Shown piece after piece: positions 35,994 to 47,989 of a stretch of 64,000 bases of DNA. The translations under genes and the position numbers were made by a program. How positions within the stretch are numbered: the first letter of the stretch is position 1; each line of letters begins with the position of its first letter. Origin of the DNA: Monocercomonoides exilis PA203. Lineage: Eukaryota; Protista; Preaxostyla. The stretch is taken from NCBI GenBank assembly GCA_001643675.2, contig LSRY02000021.1, forward strand, positions 1,178,001-1,242,000, in the 5' to 3' direction. Under the pieces are notes generated by a model. It saw nothing but the letters and a program-made list of their open reading frames with translations, did no database searches and was not told the origin of the DNA.

Positions 35994-38481
35994 CAATGAG
36001 TAAAAAACCCGGGACATGGTAAAAAACCCGGACTTTTAAAAAAAAGAACTTTTTTCTTTCATTGAAACATTAGCTTGTTCAAACAAAATTTTGACCAATG
36101 AAACATTTGAAGTTGGAATGTTAAAACTATTCAAAATATACAATGTATTTCTTCTCTTCAAGTGTGGTTCACTTGATAGAATGATTGATTAATATTCTTT
36201 TTTTGTTGTTGAAAATTCAAGATAAAATTTAGCAAATATCTAGAAAAAAAAATTATCATTCCATCACTTGGACTGCCTTTTGTTTGTTTGATTGTATAGC
36301 CTTTCAAACAATATTTTTTCCATTTTGATCCTTCCCTTTTTTGTGATGGAAAAGAAATCCATTTCTTCAGAAGAACTTCAAAGGATTGCTGCTACAAGAG
36401 AATTCCGCACAATCCATTCCAGATCGAGGAAAATTTTTGAAATCAAGAAAACATATCCATTGACAGTGAACGTTGCTGTCAAAGCGAAAGCAATAACAAG
36501 GCAGGCTTGGTACAGTGGCAAAACAGCTGAAAAGGAAAACGGAGATGTTGGAAAAGAAGGAAGACCATCTCTTATAAATTCTGAAAAACTGGAAAAATTG
36601 AGAATCAGGTTTTGTCTTTATTATCAGAAGGAGTTGTAGTTCGAATGAAGCACACACAGGAAATGGTTTTCGTTTTTTTTTATGTAAATTTTTTTATCTT
36701 TGTTTTTTTAGGCAATTAACATTTTAAATACGGAATCAACAAATGAAGAAGAAAACGAGAAACTCCATCCGAAATTATCTTATTATTTAGTTCAAAGAAG
36801 CTTCATATTAAAGGCAGCCCTAGCAAGACCGCTTGAAATTGCAAAAATTCGGTCACAGAGCCCTGAAAGTGTGACGAATTGGTTTGAAGAAGTGAAAGAA
36901 ATCGTAGAAGGAAACAATATCGAAGTTTCCAATATTTTTAATTTCGATGAATCTTCTGTTCAAATCGGAGAAAGTTCGTCAAAGTTGGTCATCTGTTTGA
37001 AGGACCAAATCCCTCCTTCTCCTCCTGAGCCTCGAAAATCTTCAAACGCGACTTTATGTATTTGCGTGTGCTCAGATGGTTCTCATCTTCCTCATTTTTT
37101 GCTTTTTCCAAAGAAGAAAATACCAGAAGAATTTTCTAATTTAAAATTTTTTGATATTAACTATATTCCTGCACCTTCAGGATGGATTACCACTGAAATT
37201 TATAAAATCATCATGCTTCAAAATTGGATTCCTCTCATTCATCAAAAAATCCAATCGACATCTTCGAAAAAGGCTCTCCTTCTTCTTGATAACCATTCGA
37301 CCCATACATGCTCAGATGTCATTCGTGAAGCAGAAAAAAGCGGAATCTTCATCAAAAAGTTCCCTCCTAACATGACACATATCCTACAACCATGCGATAA
37401 CGTAATTTTCGCCAGATTGAAAAGAACGTTAAACAATAATTACAAAGTCCCTTCGGATGATTCATCTTCGTCTTACAGAAAGGCACTTGCTGAGGTTTTA
37501 CCAGACGCAATCTCCGCAGCAACCACTCCTTCAGTAATTAAAACTGCTTTTCTGAATACAGGAATCTGGTCACTGGCAGCTTCGCAAGTTCTATCAAAAA
37601 TAAGTGGATCACCGTCAAAATCTTCTTCCATAACTTCTTCAGATGAAGCAAAAAAGGAACTATTTGATTCTTTCTCACCAAAACGGAAAATCAAATCATC
37701 AAGAAAGTATAAAATGGATATTAAAATCGATGAAAAACATAGCATTGATGGATGCACACAAACGCAAGATAATTTATTCAATGACGAAGATCACCGTACC
37801 AATTCTGATAGTAGCAATTTTACCAAAAGAATCATCAGAACAAGAAAGAAAAAAATTGACAGCGACTTTATATATGAAGATGACGAAGATTATGAAAAAG
37901 ATGAATGGAAAAGTGAGCATAAGGAAAGCGCAGAAGACACAACTCAATTTGAAAGCAAAAAATTTAAAATACAGCATGATGATAACGAATAGATGGAAAT
38001 ATTAATTAGTTTGTTTAATAATTCTTTTTGTTGAAAATCATATCCAATTTTTTGCCCAACTTTTTAATATTTAGCTTGAAATTAATTGTTTGTCTTGTAT
38101 TGAATGTTTGATGTAATAATTTCTGTTATTCTTATTCACTGAATTCAGAAAAGACAAAGGATGGAATAAACCGAGCATCGGATTGGAAGAAACTTCCGTT
38201 GCGTCTGTATCAACTTTCATTTTATTTAAAAAAATATCACATCAACAATTTTGACAATTTGAGAAATACCATTTCACATTAACATCTATGAATTCGTTGA
38301 AATAATACAAAAATTGTATTTTTATGCAATTCTCAATTCAAAAAATCTCAAAATATTTATTAATTACTGAATAAAACATAAAACATATCGGTCAATTGAA
38401 CATATTTGAATGAAACAAAATGCAGTTGCAATATTCAAAAAGTCCGGGTTTTTTACCATGTCCCGGGTTTTTTACTCATTG
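35994..38481 (+). mobile_element. Full-length pogo-like DD35D transposon (family B), 2488 bp
   Basis: ~44-bp perfect TIRs CAATGAGTAAAAAACCCGGGACATGGTAAAAAACCCGGACTTTT; TA at 35992-35993 and 38482-38483. Confidence 0.95.
36346..37992 (+). CDS. pogo-family transposase (DDE_1-like, DD35D) with one 1-bp frameshift in exon 1
   Basis: ATG 36346, intron 36666-36711, FNFDES / LLLDNHSTH / QPCD with 35 residues between the last two Asp; A5 instead of A6 at ~36593-36597 relative to the sister copy. Confidence 0.85.
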
Positions 38482-38667
38482 TATCAATTTTATTCTTTTT
38501 TTTTTTCAAATGCTCATTTTTCTCGAAAAGTCTTGATATTCTTTGAAAAAACACTTTCATCAAATTTTCAAATCATTTTTCTTGTTTTCTCAAGTGAATG
38601 AGTGTTCAGCACAAAAAATAAATAAAAGAAAATATAAAAAGGTGAAGTGAATCTTGTTGCAGATAAA

Positions 38668-40305
38668 TTACGGATACACAAAATAATCTGTATAATTCCG
38701 AATCAAATGAAAATAGCCAAATAAACCTTCACAAATATAATGACACAACCTAATGATGCAATCTTCGTATCCTTCTTCTTCCATCTTGTCAAACATTTTC
38801 CTTTTCAGCTCTTTCCTTCCTTCTTCCTTTCTTTTCATTTCTTCCATTTCATTATCATCTTCTTCCATTTTCTTTCTTTCTCCTCCTCCTCTTATTTCAT
38901 TTCATGTTTCTTCTTTTCTTTTTTCAATCTTTCCAAAACATTCGCAAAAAATTTCACACATTCTTGTGTCACTTCTTCGTTCATCGTTGTTCTCTGAATC
39001 TCCTCCATAATCGCATCAATTGCTCCTTCTTTCATCAGTTCTTCATCTTTCACATTTCTATTTTCTAATGTTTTCTTAAAGATATTAACGCATTCCTTTC
39101 TAATTTCTATGTGGTTATCTTTTGATGCTCGATACATCTGAACAATGCTATCAATAAGCTCATCTAATTCCTCATTCCACAATGTGCAATCCTCTAAGAA
39201 ATAATCAATATCAAAGAGCCATCTATCGATAACAAGCACTTCATTCACTTCCCTTTCTCCTTTTCCCACTTTTTTTCTCGTCCAATCAACTCTTCGCATC
39301 AGTTCATCCAATTCGCTTGCTGCTTCTCTCGCGAAATGTTGCTCATTCACAATCATTCCTTCCATGCTTCTTTCATTGTTCAATCTGTCTGTCAAAAAAC
39401 GCCAAGCGGACTGATATGCAAGCCACGTAAGATTATGATGCTCTTGATGATACAGGATGATTTCTTTAATCTCATTGAAATACAATTCTTTATCCGTTTT
39501 CTTCGAAAAAAAAGACTATGTGATTTAAGAACATCAAAAATGGAGATTGAAATGTTCATACAACAAATTGTTTAATGTCGCTCAAAGCCAGCAAAGCTAT
39601 TTCAACTTCCTTCTGAGTTTCCTCATTTTCCTCTTTCTTCGATGCAACTTTCAGAAGGTAAGGAATACAGATTGAGAGCAATTCTGATGGGAAATACAAG
39701 CTCAAAGAAGCGTAGCATTCGCAAAGATCTACCAGTAGCTTTTCGTTCTTTTCTTCATTTTTCTTCTCATTTTCTTCACCAATCATCTCTTCAATTCTTT
39801 TGCTCAAAGAAGAATTAAAAAAGCTTCTTGTGAAAATTCTTCCCAAAACATTGCAATATCCGATATGCCTCAGCAACAAAACGGTATTTTCCAAAGTCAA
39901 TTTCTTTTCTTCAATCATTTTTAGAATTTTGTTGAATATTTCATTTTTGAAAACAAAACACAACTCAAAATTATTCATTTCATCGATAAATTCTTTCATT
40001 TCATCAATTTTCTGTTTCTGTTCGGCTTCAGTGAATTGTTCCAACTGAGAAAGTTTCTCTTATTAAAGTGCAAAATCAAAAGAGAAAAAATAAACATTTA
40101 TTTATTTAACTTTTCGTTTCTTTTAAAAATTTGCAAACCGAGAAATGTTTGTTTCGATGAAGGTGACTGCAAAATCGTAAAATTATTTAAAACAAATAAT
40201 AAATTCATTTTCGAAATATTCATAGTGCAATATAATCAAGAAATTAACAACACCAAATCAAAATTTTTTAAATAACATAGGATTCAAAACCTCGTTTGCC
40301 GTCAT
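38668..40305 (-). pseudogene. Helical multicopy family member (copy 1) with a premature TAA near the 3' end
   Basis: LLVDLCECY, KEVEIALLALS, LAYQSAW and EEEGYED shared with two other copies; in-frame TAA 38892-38894; start uncertain. Confidence 0.65.
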
Positions 40306-42066
40306 GATTTTTGCCTCAAAATAAGCAAATCAAAAAGAAGAAAAACAGATTATCAAATAAAACAAGTAAATAAGGGTTAACAAACCATAATTTTATAAGT
40401 GAAGATTTTTGATTGATGATATGCTGCGGATTGAGCAAATTTGAGCGTTTGTACGTAAGGCTACAGATGCAACCATGCAAGTTATGACACTTCAAAAGTT
40501 CAATAATTTTGCTTCCAGATGGAGGAGCGAGTGGCTGTTTTCCAATATTGCTTGCGAAAAGGAAATTGATGAGGGAAATTGCTTGAAATTTGAACTTAGC
40601 TGTATATTGCAAAATATATGATACAACATTGAGTGCAATATTTTGAATGAAAAATAACTCAAGCGAGATGCAGAAAAAAAGAGAGGAGAATATCAGAAAG
40701 ATTGAATTGAACCTCTTGTTCATTTCGAGGGAAATTCAGTGCACTCGGCATACCTTTTGCGCAGGATTTGTTATGCGTGATTATTTGGTGGAAGATTTTC
40801 TTTGTGGAAAAGGAAAGGAAATTGGGGGTTGGACAATGGAGGAAACGAGTTGAGCAAAACACTCAGTAGGCCTCAACAACAATCTCATTTGCATTTTGCA
40901 CTAAGCATGCTGGTATGCTGTCAGCAAAGACATGGTGTTGAATAAGTCATTGAAAAGGAGTTGATTTCTTGTTTATTTGGAGAATATTAATTTTCACTTG
41001 CATCATTATCGGTTTCATAAAGGATTTTCTGCTTTCGATGACGTTCTGCATTAGTCATTTATTGCCCAGTTGTCTGTTGTTTTATGTGGTGTGGGCAATT
41101 TTTGAGAACAAGAAAGCCAGCTGGATCGATAATTACCAATCCATTGGAGATGGGAAAGTATTTCAAGGCCAAAAAGATGGTTTGACATTTTTTATTTTGT
41201 TCATTTTTCTTTAATGGTGTTCTTTGAATAAATACAGATTAGTCGCGAACAGGAATGACACAGAAAGAAATCTTCTTTTCATTTCGCAAAAGAACCAGAA
41301 GTTTTGAGATTATTCATGTGCGGATTGCATTCAACGATGTCATTCGTGTCTTCTGCCATATGTCTTGTATGATGTATAACCAGACAATGCTTAAGATGAG
41401 CTTGATAGAGAGAAAAAGAAGTTTGTTTGGCTCATTTGTTGAGGGTATTTGGCAAAAGCAGCTCCTTCGTTAAAGATGATGATCTGGGTGAGCATTCACA
41501 TTCAGGGCACATTCAATTTTTTTTATTTTTTCTCTTTCACAACATGACTTGGAAAAGCTTATATCTTCCCTTCTTCTTCACCTTCCTTATCTTTCTCAAC
41601 AGTCTCAATTCAATAAAGGATGTTCATCGCCAGAATCGATTCATCAATCACATAATCAAAAAATTCTTTATTTTCTTCTCCTCGCCTTTGAAATTATTGC
41701 CATTGAAGTCAAGTTCTTCAATCATCAACGTCTTCTTCTATTTCGAATTCTTTTTTGCTAATATCCTCATTATGCATTAGGTTCGTTTGAATAACAAATA
41801 TCACTGGACAAACACAGTTATCCTTTTTCTGAGGGAAAAGCTGTTCAACCACGCAAAGGCAGTCGATGATTTGTGGACTTCCTTCTTCATCTGTTTGTAT
41901 CTCTCTCCCTTTCACCAATTTTGTGATTATGATTGTTTATTTTATCTGAAATCAACTCATCGAATGTAATGTTTTTGTCAATCGACATAACGCAAGTTAT
42001 TTTCAACATCTTTATAAAAAGGATTGCATTCGTTTCACAATTCTCAATTGCTCCACATTCATAGCC

Positions 42067-42720
42067 CTAATCATCTTTTGATTCTTCTTCCTCTTCTTCC
42101 TCTTCTTCACCTTCTTCACCTTCTTCACCTTCTTCACCTTCTTCCTCTTCTTCATCTTCTTCCTCTTCCTCTTTCTTCCTTTTTCTTTCTTCTTCTTCCC
42201 TCTTCCTTTGCTCTTCCTCTTCTTTCTTTTTCTTCTCTTCTCTTTCTCTTTTCTTTCTCTCTTTCTCTTCTTCCTTCAATCGCTTTTTTTCCGCCTCTTC
42301 TTCCACTTCTTCTTCCTTCACTTCTTCTTCTTCCACTTCTTCTTCTTCTTCTTCTTCTTCTTCCACTTCTTCTTCCTCTCTTTCCCCTTCTCGTTCTTCT
42401 TCTTCTTCTTCTTTTTCAAATAATTCAAAAAATTAAAAAAATCACCAAAAATAAATTCCCCCCTTCGGAGCCATTCCATTTTTTAAAGAGATAATTGCGC
42501 AACTCGGTTGAAAACAGACATGTCAATCAAAATGATATAAAACATGTCAAATTCTTCTTCTTTATTATCATCCATCTCAAATTCACCTTCGTTCATTTCA
42601 AATTCTTCTTCTCCTTCCATTTCATTTTCTCCTCTTCTTCTTTCTCTTCCTCTTCCTCTTTTTCCTTTATCTTCTGCTATTTCTTCCATCTTCTCTTCTT
42701 CTTCTTCCTCTTTCCCAATT
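42067..42720. repeat. Low-complexity (CTT)-rich tract
   Basis: Degenerate CTT/CTTCACCTT repeats. Confidence 0.8.
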
Positions 42721-43113
42721 TCAATTCTCTTTCATTTTCTTTTTAATTTTCATCCAGAACATTGAAACATTTGTTAGCACATTTTCATTCTTAAATTACT
42801 ATTGGAAAGAAAGACGAACGATATAATTAATAAAAAAATTTTTTTGATATTTTTGTTTGAGAAAAAACACCAAGAAAATAAAATTCAATATTGGTAAAAA
42901 GAATTCACTCTTTCAATTTTCATTATCCTTCAAATTAATCAGATAAAAAAAAAAAAGAATATTTCAGTAATTGTTATTCATTATTGATCAAATAAATATA
43001 ATAATTATTTAAAAGACATTTTTTTTTTTTTCGTTTGACATTTTTGCTGCTTATATTGCAGGACGAGTAGCGAAAACGAAGCGTTGAGCGGTAAAATAAG
43101 ATATACAACAGAT

Positions 43114-44553
43114 ATGCAAAAAACGAATTGTGATCCATTGAAAAGGGACGAGAATAGAAGAACAGAAGCAATGCGATGGATTGTTGAGAAAAAGACAGAT
43201 CCACCAGAATGGATGAGACACGATATTACAATAAAAGGAGGTATTTGGGAACAAACAATGGCCATGCTGTGGATCGAGAATGCAAAGACAGAACCGCCAT
43301 TCTGGATGAGACATTGCAATTTACTCAAAGACAAGAGTGGAAGGACAATGGCCATGCTGTGGATTCAATTTGTCCATTCAGAACCACCAGAATGGATGAG
43401 GCATGGCAATAAACTTGCGAGCAATAATGGATGGACAATGGCAATAAGATGGATTTATCATGTGAAGACAGACCCACCAGTGTGGATGAGACATGAAATT
43501 ACTCTTGCAGACAACAGGGGATGGACAATGGCTATGTTCTGGATTGAATGGGTTAAAACAGATCCTCCAGAGTGGATGAGACACGATAATGAACTTACAG
43601 ATAAAAACGGAAAAACGATGGCGATGCATTGGATTGAGGAGGTCAAAACAGATCCACCAGTGTGGATGAGACACGACAATGAGCTTGCAGACAACAAAAG
43701 AAAAACGATGGCGATGCATTGGATTGAAGAGGTCAAAACAGAGCCACAACTGTGGATGATAATGGATAGCACGCAAGACAACAAGGAAGGGAGGACATTG
43801 TCGATGAAGTGGATTGAAGAGAAAAAAACGGAACCGCCAGAGTGGATGAGACATAGAAATACTCTTGTCGATTCGAAAGGACAAACGATGGCTATGAAGT
43901 GGATTTATTACGTTAAAACAGAACCGCCAGAATGGATGATACATGATATTTCATTCACAGATAAAGATGGGCGTACATTGGCCATGAAGTGGATTTCCGA
44001 TGTCAAGACAGAACTACCAGTTGAAATAAGACACGACGTTACGATTGGGGATAATGACGGATGGACAATGGCTATGCTGTGGATTGGATGTGTTAAAACG
44101 GATCCCCCAGAGTGGATGAGACACGATGTAACACTTGCAAACTGTTATGGCTTGACGATGGCGATGAAGTGGATTCAAGAAGTCAAGACAGAGCCACCTG
44201 AGTGGATGAGGCATGACAACAAACTTTCCGATATGCCTGGGCGAACAATGGCGATGAAGTGGATTCAGTTTACTAGAACTGAACCTCCCGAATGGATGAG
44301 ACATGACAATCGGATCGCGAACAGGGATGGAAAAAGGATGGCAGATTATTGGGAAAGATATGTTGGGAATGAGATTCCAGAATGGATGAAGTACGATGAA
44401 TCAATTTCCTCTAATGAAATTGACAATGAATCCGATGATACCGTAGATGATGATGAAGAAATGATAAAGACAATAAATTTGATCAAAGAAAGTTTAAAGA
44501 AGCACCAGAACAAAAGTGAAAAGAAAATCCACTTAGCGATAAGGATCGAATAG
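43114..44553 (+). CDS. Tandem-repeat protein with 14 copies of a 30-aa Trp/Met/Pro-rich unit
   Basis: Intronless ORF from ATG 43114; consensus GxTMAMxWIxxVKT(D/E)PPEWMRHDxxLxDxx; acidic then basic tail. Confidence 0.85.
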   Translation: MQKTNCDPLKRDENRRTEAMRWIVEKKTDPPEWMRHDITIKGGIWEQTMAMLWIENAKTEPPFWMRHCNLLKDKSGRTMAMLWIQFVHSEPPEWMRHGNKLASNNGWTMAIRWIYHVKTDPPVWMRHEITLADNRGWTMAMFWIEWVKTDPPEWMRHDNELTDKNGKTMAMHWIEEVKTDPPVWMRHDNELADNKRKTMAMHWIEEVKTEPQLWMIMDSTQDNKEGRTLSMKWIEEKKTEPPEWMRHRNTLVDSKGQTMAMKWIYYVKTEPPEWMIHDISFTDKDGRTLAMKWISDVKTELPVEIRHDVTIGDNDGWTMAMLWIGCVKTDPPEWMRHDVTLANCYGLTMAMKWIQEVKTEPPEWMRHDNKLSDMPGRTMAMKWIQFTRTEPPEWMRHDNRIANRDGKRMADYWERYVGNEIPEWMKYDESISSNEIDNESDDTVDDDEEMIKTINLIKESLKKHQNKSEKKIHLAIRIE

Positions 44554-47500
44554 GGAAGAGAATAATGTGAATTTATTGGCTGAAATGAGATACGTTGCCA
44601 TAACGAGTGAAACAATGCATTACTGTTGGAGATGAAGATGAGATTGTGAGCGTTTTAGTTGTTGCGCCAGAAATGGAAGAAGAGTGATAATTCCGCAAGA
44701 AGTTTTGCTTCATTCGCACTGAAAGATATTATTTCTGAAGCATTGAACAAACGGACCAACAGATTTGCATGTGCGAAAATTAAGGCTGCTTTGCAACATT
44801 TCTTTAATTATGCATTTCTGTCTTTCTTTCTTTGAAGCTGCTTTTGCTCAATTGGCAGATGCTTGGGCATGCTTCAAACATATTTCATTTTGATCTCCTT
44901 TCTATTTGTCATTGATTGTTTTTTAATTTCACCAGAACAATTGAAGCTATTCATTTCAATGTTTTAATTTTTCAAAATGTTTTTTTAACCAGTTTTTATT
45001 TGATTTTGTAAATAGTCAAAGAAAATCTCAATTTAAATCATCTTCTTTTCTTTTTTTATCATTTGCCAATGTGACCAAAAGTTCACTTTGGCATTTTGAA
45101 AATGAAATGAGCATTTCTGTGATTCGAAGTTGAGATAATCAAAGAGAACAAATTGAATAAATAGACGAAAATGATGTGTCTGCGCTGATGAGGGAGATAT
45201 GTAGATTAATTTGATGTTTTCAAAGAGTGCAATAATACCAACTGCCTTTGAGGCAAATTGGTTTGAAAAAGGTTTTTGGGAATGAGTGCTATGAAAATTA
45301 GGGAAAAGTTTTCATTTCCAGCCTCGGAATCTCTGCCTTGGTTTTATTCCTGTACAGATCCTGCTCAATCACCTCTGATCTTCTTCATTTTCTTCGCCAA
45401 ACATCTTTTCGGTTTAGCTTCAACTTTTTGAATTTTCGTTTAAAATTTCCTTTTTCTTCTTTGCTTCACTCTTTTTTATTCTTTGCTTCTCTGCTTCTTC
45501 CTCTGCCTCTTCACGCTCCTCAAACTCAACCAGATCAATCATTTCATGTTAAAGAACTTCACATTTAATCCCCCATTCTCAGCCCTATATTCTACAGCCC
45601 CTTCTCCACAATCTTCCCCACTTTACACACTTCAACCCCTCTCTCCACCACTTCGTCGTCCAGCTTCACCACCATAAGCCTCGACTTCTGCTAAAAGGGA
45701 TACCAGCAGTACAACCTCAGATGGCAGCAGCGACGGGTCAAACAGATCGTAGATTGACTATTGCTCATTCATATCTGCCGCCGCAAAGATCCGCTTGCTC
45801 CTACTTCATGCTCGCAGACTCTGCAAGAGAAGGAAGGGGTTCCACAAGCGGATCAGAAACAATCTCGAAAAGAATCACATCGTACGCACACACAACACCA
45901 ACATGCTGCACACCCCACCACTCCGTAACATATCCCCACAGCGTCTGTTGCTCCCTCAGTAACGATTTCTTTTGATTTGCATCACCTTACCTTCTTCAGA
46001 TGAAATAACACTCAATCAACTCTTGATGCAGTCCATCGCAGATTCCGATGTGAATGAAGCCTCCACCTCCGAGGAATCCGAAGTACCAGTCACAAGTGTT
46101 GTGGATGATAAGAAGAAAAAAAAGAAGAAGAGGAGGAGGAGGAGCATGAAGGATTTGAAGAAGCAGATAAATTGCATCGTGGATAAAAGGAAAAATTTTA
46201 TAATTTTCTCATTTATGGGAAGAAAAAAATACTGAAAGAGTGGAACAAAAATGTGTAATTATTCTGATAAATCGGAACATTTTGTAAAAAAACAGAGGAA
46301 GAAGAAGAATTTTTTTGTTTTATTATTCTTTCATCAGCCCAAAAAACTCTAATAACAATGTTGTTTCCAACAATTGAAAACGGCAAAATGGCAAAAGAAA
46401 AATGTTTATAAGAAAACAGAACAAATGAACAAACTTTTTTGAAATGTATTTATCATATTCTTCTTTATTATTTGCCTGTTTTTCTTCATCTTTTTTCAAT
46501 CATTGTCTTCTTCTTATTTTCTCCTCCTCTTCCTCTTCTTCTCCTTCTTCTCCAAATCTCGTTTCGGTCGAAAGAATATTACCTTGAATGAACAAATCTT
46601 TTTTTGGCAACCATTGACGTGAATGTATTTCTTTCAATATTTCAGTTTCAACAAACTTGGGAATCTCGACCTGCAACAACAGAAAAGATATTCATGTTTT
46701 TCTTTGTGGAGCAATATTGTTGGGTAATTGAAGCATTAGACCTTGATACTTTGCTCGTCGACAAAGATGTTTCGATATTGAAGTTCATTTGTCTATTTAC
46801 ATTAACTGTCAGAATTTCATTTCTTTTCTTCTTTCACAACCCAATGGTCCATTGATAGATGAGCTCAAAATATAACAATTCACAAAATATGCCAAATCTT
46901 TAAGTTTCATCTGTTTTTGTTTTCAGACTCATTCTTCTCCACAAAAATACAAAAAACATCTTCCACTCACTCAATTTATATGCTCAATTTCTTTTTCTCT
47001 GCGCTTTAGTATTTGCAATTTATTTCATTCCGAAATCTGAAACGTGATTTTCAAAAATCATTTGAATTTTGAAAAAAAAATTCATTTTCAAATTAACAGT
47101 TGGATCCATAAAATAGAATATGAATGCTTCTTATTTTCAAGCGTTTTGCAACAAAATTCAGTTATTTTGTCGCACTTTCTTTCACACATCTTTTTTTTTT
47201 GGAAAAATTAATTATTTAAATGTGATCTTAAATGTTTGGTTAAGAATCTTCATTAGATACAATGCAGATTGGATCACATAATTCAAATTGAAAAAAAAAT
47301 TTAAAATTGTGGAGGTTATTTAAAAATACCCCTGTTTATTTAAATTAACTTGCTTATTTTTAAAATACACATGTGATTTTGAATTGAATGTGCAAAACAT
47401 GAAAAATGATTGTGTTAGATTATTCGCGTGAAAGATTGACATAAAATACTGAAGTTAATTTTGATTTTCTTTTTGTGAAAATTTTGATCTTTCAATAATC

Positions 47501-47989
47501 AACTTCGAAAAAATAGAATAATTCGATAATTCGTTTAAAATGCTATTCCAACTTATGTTATCGAAAACGCAAGTTATATAATGCGCGTATGTGTTGTTTT
47601 AACAATTAAAAATTCATTTTTCCCAATATACAAATCATAAAAGCTTCTGAAAACTTTTAGTATATTTCTTCGCAATTGCAAACTGTTTCTTTAAAAATGT
47701 AGCACCAACAACAACTTCTGTGCTATTTTGATCAGTTCTCATTAGGAAGTCACTGCTTTTTTTGTTTTAAGCAACAGCAATATTCAAACAATATTGTTTC
47801 ACATTTTTCGCCTTTTTGAAAAACAATATTATGAAATATTAACAAGAAATATTTAAAACACTGAACGCTTAAAGGTATATGTGGTTATTTTTCAAGATTT
47901 CGTTTTGAGTATTAAACATTTCTATTTTTAACAAATTTAACTTTTTCGATATTTATCTTCTTATTTAACCGATTATACGATTTTCTAAC

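Noticed and set aside
43150-44440. 90-bp periodic DNA as a possible CRISPR-like array
   Set aside because: Variation is codon-structured within one ORF; there are no invariant repeats with unique spacers and no cas genes
45560-45970. GC-richer patch with faint reverse-transcriptase resemblance on the minus strand (KLDDEVV...IGLRM)
   Set aside because: Too degraded; no continuous frame or additional RT motifs
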